This document shows positions 55,047-64,000 of a stretch of 64,000 bases of DNA, one piece after another. Where the stretch lies: positions 806,001 to 870,000 of the forward strand of contig OZ176051.1 of NCBI GenBank assembly GCA_964247055.1. Direction: 5' to 3'. Position 1 is the stretch's first letter. The number at the start of each line of letters is the position of its first letter. The notes beneath the pieces were generated by a model that worked only from the letters and a program-made list of their open reading frames with translations, was not told the origin of the DNA and searched no databases. This DNA is from Paragordius varius (lineage: Eukaryota; Animalia; Nematomorpha). A program made the position numbers and the translations under genes.

Positions 55047-57777
55047 GATACTTTAAAAATAAATGTATAAAACTAGGCGTATCAATAAATCGCATCAATA
55101 CTCAAGTTAAACTTTGTCCTTAAAAATCGGATATTGGTCACCGGTGAACAAAATTATTTTTTATACATTCTCTTAGTAGGATGACTACATCAAAATATAG
55201 AGATAGTTTGGCAAACTGTTTCATATCCGATTTTTACAACGATACTTTAAAAATTAATGTATAAAACTAGTCGCATCAATACTCAAGTTAAACTTTGTCC
55301 TTAAAAATCGAATATTGGTCACCGGTGAACAAAATAATTTTTTATACATTCTCTTAGGACTACATCAAAATATATAAATAGTTTGACAAACTCTTTCATA
55401 TGCGATTTTTACAACGATACTTTAAAAATTAATGTATTAAACTAGTCGCATCAATACTCAAGCTAAACATTGTCCTTAAAAATCGGATATTGGTCACCGG
55501 TGAACAAAACTATTTTTTATACATTCTCTTAGTAAGACTACATCGAAATATAGAGATAGTTTGACAAACTCTTTCATATCCGATTTTTACAATGATACTT
55601 TAAAAATTAATGTATAAAACTAGTCGTATCAATAAATCGCATCAATACTCAAGTTAAACTTTCTCGTTAAAAATCGGATATTGGTCACCGGTGAACAAAA
55701 TTATTTTTTATACATTCTCTTAGTAGGACTACATCAAAATATAGAGATAGTTTGGCAAACTCTTTCATATCCGATTTTTACAACGATACTTTAAAAATTA
55801 ATGTATAAAACTAGTCGCATCAATACTTAAGTTAAACTTTGTCCTTAAAATCGGATATTGTTCACCGGTGAACAAAATTATTTTTTATACATTCTCTTAG
55901 CAAGACTACATCAAAATATAGAGATAGTTTGACAAATTCTTTCATATCCGATTTTTACAACGATACTTTAAAAATAAATGTATAAAACTAGGCGTATCAA
56001 TAAATCGCATCAATACTCAAGTTAAACTTTGTCCTTAAAAATCGGATATTGGTCACCGGTGAACAAAATTATTTTTTATACATTCTCTTAGTAAGACTTC
56101 ATCAAAATATAGAAATAGTTTGACAAACTCTTTCATATCCGATTTTTACAACGATACTTTAAAAATTAATGTGTTAAACTAGTCGCATCCATACTCAAGT
56201 TAAACTTTGTCCTTAAAAATCGGATATTGGTCACCGGTGAACAAAATTATTTTTTATACATTCTCTTAGTAAGACCAAAATATGGAGATAGTTTGACAAA
56301 CTCTTTCATATCCGATTTTTACAACGATACTTTAAAAATTATGGTATTAAACCAGTCGCATCAATACTCAAGTTAAACTTTGTCCTTAAAAATCGGATAT
56401 TGGTCACCGGTGAACAAAATTATTTTTTATACATTCTCTTAGTAAGACTACATCAAAATATAGATATAGTTTGACAAACTCTTTTATATCCGATTTTTAC
56501 AACGATACTTTAAAAATTAATGTATAAAACTAGTCGCATCAATACTCAAGTTAAACTTTATCCTTAAAAATCAGATATTGATCACCGGTGAACAAAATAA
56601 TTGTTTATACATTCTCTTAGTAAGAGTACATATAAAAATATAGAGATAGTTTGACAAACTCTTTCATATCCGATTTTTACAACGATACTTTAAAAATTAT
56701 GGTATTAAACCAGTCGCATCAATACTCAAGTTAAACTTTGTCCTTAAAAATCGGATATTGGTCACCGGTGAACAAAATTATTTTTTCTACATTCTCTTAG
56801 TAAGACTACATCAAAATATAGAGATAGTTTGACAAACTCTTTCATATCCGATTTTTACAACGATACTTTAAAAATTATGGTATTAAACCAGTCGCATCAA
56901 TACTCAAGTTAAACTTTGTCCTTAAAAATCGGATATTGGTCACCGGTGAACAAAACTATTTTTTATACATTCTCTTAGTAAGACCACATCAAAATATAGA
57001 GATAATTTGACAAACTCTTTCATATCCGATTTTTACAACGATACTTTAAAAATAAATGTATAAAACTAGGCGTATCAATAAATCGCATCAATACTCAAGT
57101 TAAACTTTGTCCTTAAAAATCGGATATTGGTCACCGGTGAACAAAATTATTTTTTATACATTCTCTTATTAAGACTTCATCAAAATATAGAAATAGTTTG
57201 ACAAACTCTTTCATATCCGATTTTTACAACGATACTTTAAAAATTAATGTGTTAAACTAGTCGCATCCATACTCAAGTTAAACTTTGTCCTTAAAAATCG
57301 GATATTGGTCACCGGTGAACAAAATTATTTTTTATACATTCTCTTAGTAAGACTACATCAAAATATAGAGATAGTTTGACAAACTCTTTCACATCCGATT
57401 TTTACAACGATACTTTAAAAATTATGGTATTAAACCAGTCGCATCAATACTCAAGTTAAACTTTGTCCTTAAAAATCGGATATTGGTCATTGGTGAACAA
57501 AATTATTTTTTATACATTCTCTTAGTAAGACTACATCAAAATATAGAGATAGTTTGACAAACTCTTTTATATCCGATTTTTACAACGATACTTTAAAAAT
57601 TAATGTATAAAACTAGGCGTATCAATAAATCGCATCAATACTCAAGTTAAACTTTGTCCTTAAAAATCGGATATTGGTCACCGGTGAACAAAATTATTTT
57701 TTATACATTCTCTTAGTAGGACTACATCAAAATATAGAGATAGTTTGGCAAACTCTTTCATATCCGATTTTTACAAC

Positions 57778-60700
57778 GATACTTTAAAAATTAATGTATA
57801 AAACTAGTCGCATCAATACTCAAGTTAAACTTTGTCTATTAAAAATCGGATATTGGTCACCGGTGAACAAAATTATTTTTTATACATTCTCTTAGTAAGA
57901 CTACATCAAAATATAGAAATAGTTTGACAAATTCTTTCATATCCGATTTTTACAACGATACTTTAAAAATTAATGTATAAAACTAGTCGCATCAATACTC
58001 AAGTTAAACTTTGTCCTTAAAAATCGGATATTGGTCACCGGTGAACAAAATTATTTTATTTACATTCTCTTAGTAAGACTACATCAAAATATAGAAATAG
58101 TTTGACAAACTCTTTCATATCCGATTTTTACAACGATACTTTAAAAATTTATGTATTAAACTAGTCGCATCAATACTCAAGTTAAACTTTGTCCTTAAAA
58201 ATCGGATATTGTTCACCGGTGAACAAATTTTTTTATACATTCTCTTAGCAAGTCTACATCAAAATATGGAGATAGTTTGACAAACTCTTTCATATCCGAT
58301 TTTTACAACGATATTTAAAAATTAATATATAAAACTAGTCGTATCAATAAATCGCATACACACTCAAGTTAAACTTTGTCCTTAAAAATCGGATATTGGT
58401 CAACCGGTGAACAAAATTATTTTTTATACATTCTCTTAGTAGGACTACATCAAAATATAGAGATAGTTTGGCAAACTCTTTCATATCCGATTTTTACAAC
58501 GATACTTTAAAAATTAATGTATAAAACTAGTCGCATCAATACTCAAGTTAAACTTTGTCCTTAAAAATGGGATATTGGTCACCGGTGAACAAAATTATTT
58601 TTTATACATTCTCTTAGTAAGACTACATCAAAATATAGAAATAGTTTGACAAATTCTTTCATATCCGATTTTTACAACGATACTTTAAAAATTAATGTAT
58701 TAAACTAGTCGCATCAATACTCAACTTAAACTTTGTCCTTAAAAATCGGATATTGGTCACCGGTGAACAAAATTATTTTTTATACATTCTCTTAGCAAGA
58801 CTACATCAAAATATAGAAATAGTTTGACAAATTCTTTCATATCCGATTTTTACAACGATACTTTAAAAATTAATGTATAAAACTAGTCGCCTCAATACTC
58901 AAGTTAAACTTTGTCCTTAAAAATCGGATATTGGTCACCGGTGAACAAAATTATTTTATTTACATTCTCTTAGTAAGACTACATCAAAATATAGAAATAG
59001 TTTGACAAACTCTTTCATATCCGATTTTTACAACGATACTTTAAAAATTAATGTATTAAACTAGTCGCATCAATACTCAAGTTAAACTTTGTCCTTAAAA
59101 ATCGGATGTTCACCGGTGAACAAAATTATTTTTTATACATTCTCTTAGCAAGACTACATCAGAATATAGAGATAGTTTGACAATTTCTTTCATATCCGAT
59201 TTTTACAACGATACTTTAAAAATTAATGTATAAAACTAGTCGCATCAATACTCAAGCTAAACATTGTCCTTAAAAATCGGATATTGGTCACCGGTGAACA
59301 AAACTATTTTTTATACATTCTCTTAGTAAGACTACATCAAAATATAGAGATAGTTTGACAAACTCTTTCATATCCGATTTTTACAACGATATTTAAAAAT
59401 TAATATATAAAACTAGTCGTATCAATAAATCGCATACACACTCAAGTTAAACTTTGTCCTTAAAAATCGGATATTGGTCAACGGGTGAACAAAATTATTT
59501 TTTATACATTCTCTTAGTAGGACTACATCAAAATATAGAGATAGTGTGGCAAACTCTTTCATATCCGATTTTTACAACGATACTTTAAAAATTATGGTAT
59601 TAAACCAGTCGCATCAATACTTAAGTTAAACTTTGTCCTTAAAAATCGGATATTGGTCACCGGTGAACCAAATTATTTTTTATACATTCTCTTAGTAAGA
59701 CTACATCAAAATATAGAGATAGTTTGACAAACTCTTTTATATCCGATTTTTACAACGATACTTTAAAAATTAATGTATAAAACTAGTCGCATCAATACTC
59801 AAGTTAAACTTTATCCTTAAAAATCAGATATTGGTCACCGGTGAACAAAATAATTGTTTATACATTCTCTTAGTAAGAGTACATATAAAAATATAGAGAT
59901 AGTTTGACAAACTCTTTCATATCCGATTTTTACAACGATACTTTAAAAATTATGGTATTAAACCAGTCGCATCAATACTCAAGTTAAACTTTATCCTTAA
60001 AAATCAGATATTGGTCACCGGTGAACAAAATAATTGTTTATACATTCTCTTAGTAAGAGTACATATAAAAATATAGAGATAGTTTGACAAACTCTTTCAT
60101 ATCCGATTTTTACAACGATACTTTAAAAATTAATGTATAAAACTAGTCGTATCAATAAATCGCATCAATACTCAAGTTAAACTTTCTCGTTAAAAATCGG
60201 ATATTGGTCACCGGTGAACAAAATTATTTTTTATACATTCTCTTAGTAGGACTACATCAAAATATAGAGATAGTTTGGCAAACTCTTTCATATCCGATTT
60301 TTACAACGATACTTTAAAAATTAATGTATAAAACTAGTCGCATCAATACTCAAGTTAAACTTTGTCTATTAAAAATCGGATATTGGTCACCGGTGAACAA
60401 AATTATTTTTTATACATTCTCTTAGTAAGACTACATCAAAATATAGAAATAGTTTGACAAATTCTTTCATATCCGATTTTTACAACGATACTTTAAAAAT
60501 TAATGTATAAAACTAGTCGCATCAATACTCAAGTTAAACTTTGTCCTTAAAAATCGGATATTGGTCACCGGTGAACAAAATTATTTTATTTACATTCTCT
60601 TAGTAAGACTACATCAAAATATAGAAATAGTTTGACAAACTCGTTCATATCCGATTTTTACAACGATACTTTAAAAATTTATGTATTAAACTAGTCGCAT

Positions 60701-62000
60701 CAATACTCAAGTTAAACTTTGTCCTTAAAAATCGGATATTGTTCACCGGTGAACAAAATTATTTTTTATACATTCTCTTAGCAAGTCTACATCAAAATAT
60801 AGAGATAGTTTGACAAACTCTTTCATATCCGATTTTTACAACGATATTTAAAAATTAATATATAAAACTAGTCGTATCAATAAATCGCATACACACTCAA
60901 GTTAAACTTTGTCCTTAAAAATCGGATATTGGTCAACCGGTGAACAAAATTATTTTTTATACATTCTCTTAGTAGGACTACATCAAAATATAGAGATAGT
61001 TTGGCAAACTCTTTCATATCCGATTTTTACAACGATACTTTAAAAATTAATGTATAAAACTAGTCGCATCAATACTCAAGTTAAACTTTGTCCTTAAAAA
61101 TGGGATATTGGTCACCGGTGAACAAAATTATTTTTTATACATTCTCTTAGTAAGACTACATCAAAATATAGAAATAGTTTGACAAATTCTTTCATATCCG
61201 ATTTTTACAACGATACTTTAAAAATTAATGTATTAAACTAGTCGCATCAATACTCAACTTAAACTTTGTCCTTAAAAATCGGATATTGGTCACCGGTGAA
61301 CAAAATTATTTTTGATACATTCTCTTAGCAAGACTACATCAAAATATAGAAATAGTTTGACAAATTCTTTCATATCCGATTTTTACAACGATACTTTAAA
61401 AATTAATGTATAAAACTAGTCGCCTCAATACTCAAGTTAAACTTTGTCCTTAAAAATCGGATATTGGTCACCGGTGAACAAAATTATTTTATTTACATTC
61501 TCTTAGTAAGACTACATCAAAATATAGAAATAGTTTGACAAACTCTTTCATATCCGATTTTTACAACGATACTTTAAAAATTAATGTATTAAACTAGTCG
61601 CATCAATACTCAAGTTAAACTTTGTCCTTAAAAATCGGATGTTCACCGGTGAACAAAATTATTTTTTATACATTCTCTTAGCAAGACTACATCAGAATAT
61701 AGAGATAGTTTGACAATTTCTTTCATATCCGATTTTTACAACGATACTTTAAAAATTAATGTATAAAACTAGTCGCATCAATACTCAAGCTAAACATTGT
61801 CCTTAAAAATCGGATATTGGTCACCGGTGAACAAAACTATTTTTTATACATCTTAGTAAGACTACATCAAAATATAGAGATAGTTTGACAAACTCTTTCA
61901 TATCCGATTTTTACAACGATATTTAAAAATTAATATATAAAACTAGTCGTATCAATAAATCGCATACATACTCAAGTTAAACTTTGTCCTTAAAAATCGG
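57778..62000. repeat. 14-mer higher-order repeat, period 2530 bp, ~1.7 copies
   Basis: Private alleles recur at 57778+n and 60308+n: tgtctatt, aatttatg+gcaagtc, aaatgggat, tcaactt, gcctcaa and ggatgttcacc+catcagaa+caatttc. Confidence 0.9.
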
Positions 62001-64000
62001 ATATTGGTCACCGGTGAACAAAATTATTTTTTATACATTCTCTTAGTAAGACTACATCAAAATATAGAAATAGTTTGACAAATTCTTTCATATCCGATTT
62101 TTACAACGATACTTTAAAAATTAATGTATAAAACTAGTCGGATCAATACTCAAGCTAAACTTTGTTCTTAAAAATCGGATATTGTTCACCGGTGAGCAAA
62201 ATTATTTTTTATACATTCTCTTAGCAAGACTACATCAAAATATAGAGATAGTTTGACAAACTCTTTCATATCCGATTTTTACAACGATATTTAAAAATTA
62301 ATATATAAAACTAGTCGTATCAATAAATCGCATACACACTCAAGTTAAACTTTGTCCTTAAAAATCGGATATTGGTCAACCGGTGAACAAAATTATTTTT
62401 TATACATTCTCTTAGTAGGACTACATCAAAATATAGAGATAGTTTGGCAAACTCTTTCATATCCGATTTTTACAACGATACTTTAAAAATTAATGTATAA
62501 AACTAGTCGCATCAATACTCAACTTAAACTTTGTCCTTAAAAATCGGATATTGGTCACCGGTGAACAAAATTATTTTTTATACATTCTCTTAGCAAGACT
62601 ACATCAAAATATAGAAATAGTTTGACAAATTCTTTCATATCCGATTTTTACAACGATACTTTAAAAATTAATGTATAAAACTAGTCGCATCAATACTCAA
62701 GTTAAACTTTGTCCTTAAAAATCGGATATTGGTCACCGGTGAACAAAATTATTTTATTTACATTCTCTTAGTAAGACTACATCAAAATATAGAAATAGTT
62801 TGACAAACTCTTTCATATCCGATTTTTACAACGATACTTTAAAAATTAATGTATTAAACTAGTCGCATCAATACTCAAGTTAAACTTTGTCTATTAAAAA
62901 TCGGATATTGGTCACCGGTGAACAAAATTATTTTTTATACATTCTCTTAGTAAGACTACATCAAAATATAAAAATAGTTTGACAAATTCTTTCATATCCG
63001 ATTTTTACAACGATACTTTAAAAATTAATGTATTAAACTAGTCGCATCAATACTCAAGTTAAACTTTGTCCTTAAAAATCAGATATTGGTCACCGGTGAA
63101 CAAAATTATTTTATTTACATTCTCTTAGTAAGACTACATCAAAATATAGAGATAGTTTGACAAACTCTTTTATATCCGATTTTTACAACGATACTTTAAA
63201 AATTAATGTATAAAACTAGGCGTATCAATAAATCGCATCAATACTCAAGTTAAACTTTGTCCTTAAAAATCGGATATTGGTCACCGGTGAACAAAATTAT
63301 TTTTTATACATTCTCTTAGTAGGACTACATCAAAATATAGAGATAGTTTGGCAAACTCTTTCATATCCGATTTTTACAACGATACTTTAAAAATTAATGT
63401 ATAAAACTAGTCGCATCAATACTCAAGTTAAACTTTGTCTATTAAAAATCGGATATTGGTCACCGGTGAACAAAATTATTTTTTATACATTCTCTTAGTA
63501 AGACTACATCAAAATATAGAAATAGTTTGACAAATTCTTTCATATCCGATTTTTACAACGATACTTTAAAAATTAATGTATTAAACTAGTCGCATCAATA
63601 CTCAACTTAAACTTTGTCCTTGAAAATCGGATATTGGTCACCGGTGAACAAAATTATTTTTTATATATTCTCTTAGCAAGACTACATCAAAATATAGAGA
63701 TAGTTTGACAAACTTTTTCATATCCGATTTTTACATCGATTCTTTAAAAATTATGGTATTAAACCAGTCGCATCAATACTCAAGTTAAACATTGTCCTTA
63801 AAAATCGGATATTGGTCACCGGTGAACAAAACTATTTTTTATACATTCTCTTAGTAAGACTACATCGAAATATAGAGATAGTTTGACAAACTCTTTCATA
63901 TCCGATTTTTACAACGATACTTTAAAAATTAATGTATAAAACTAGTCGTATCAATAAATCGCATCAATACTCAAGTTAAACTTTCTCCTTAAAAATCGGA

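Larger units (their letters stand above)
1..64000. repeat. Tandem satellite DNA array, 178-bp AT-rich monomer, ~350 head-to-tail copies, family not recognised
   Basis: The motif gatact(t/a)taaaa recurs at 1, 179, 357, 538, 716, 895, 1073, 1251 and onward to 63916. Every interval read aligns to the same consensus in the same orientation, with only a few substitutions or indels per monomer. The consensus has 49 G+C in 178 nt. The array runs off both window ends. Confidence 0.99.

Noticed and set aside
1-64000. CRISPR array
   Set aside because: There are no unique spacers. The whole 178-bp unit repeats, including the sequence between the palindromes, and there are no cas genes.
1-64000. Transposon insertion, orientation switch, telomeric motif, or rDNA/5S/tRNA unit
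   Set aside because: Every monomer interval read conforms to the consensus in the same orientation. I saw no foreign sequence, telomere repeat run or structural RNA motif.

Overview
The whole 64 kb window is one uninterrupted, head-to-tail, single-orientation tandem satellite array. It holds about 350 copies (manual count: 352 complete plus 1 partial) of an AT-rich (~27-28% GC) 178-bp monomer. Consensus: gatactttaaaaattaatgtataaaactagtcgcatcaatactcaagttaaactttgtccttaaaaatcggatattggtcaccggtgaacaaaattattttttatacattctcttagtaagactacatcaaaatatagagatagtttgacaaactctttcatatccgatttttacaac. Recurrent length variants are 191 bp (+13 internal duplication, about a quarter of monomers), 181/194 bp (+3 gac), 175 bp (-3) and 177/179 bp. 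I found no gene, RNA gene, transposon insertion, inversion or CRISPR spacer, and the single predicted ORF is a by-product of the repeat. It looks like eukaryotic satellite DNA, possibly centromeric or pericentromeric, but I do not recognise the family or organism. The interest lies in two things: (i) a monomer rich in dyad symmetry, with a 14-bp perfect inverted-repeat pair, an 18-bp quasi-palindrome that is perfect in some variants and carries a symmetric double substitution in one, and two short interrupted palindromes; and (ii) a layered, irregular higher-order structure (3-, 4-, 11-, 13-, 14-, 15- and 16-mer blocks, plus 5.8-7.9 kb block duplications) with mappable recombination junctions and regional variant domains. 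I see no evidence of a new coding system. Monomer boundaries and offsets were read by eye and should be confirmed computationally.
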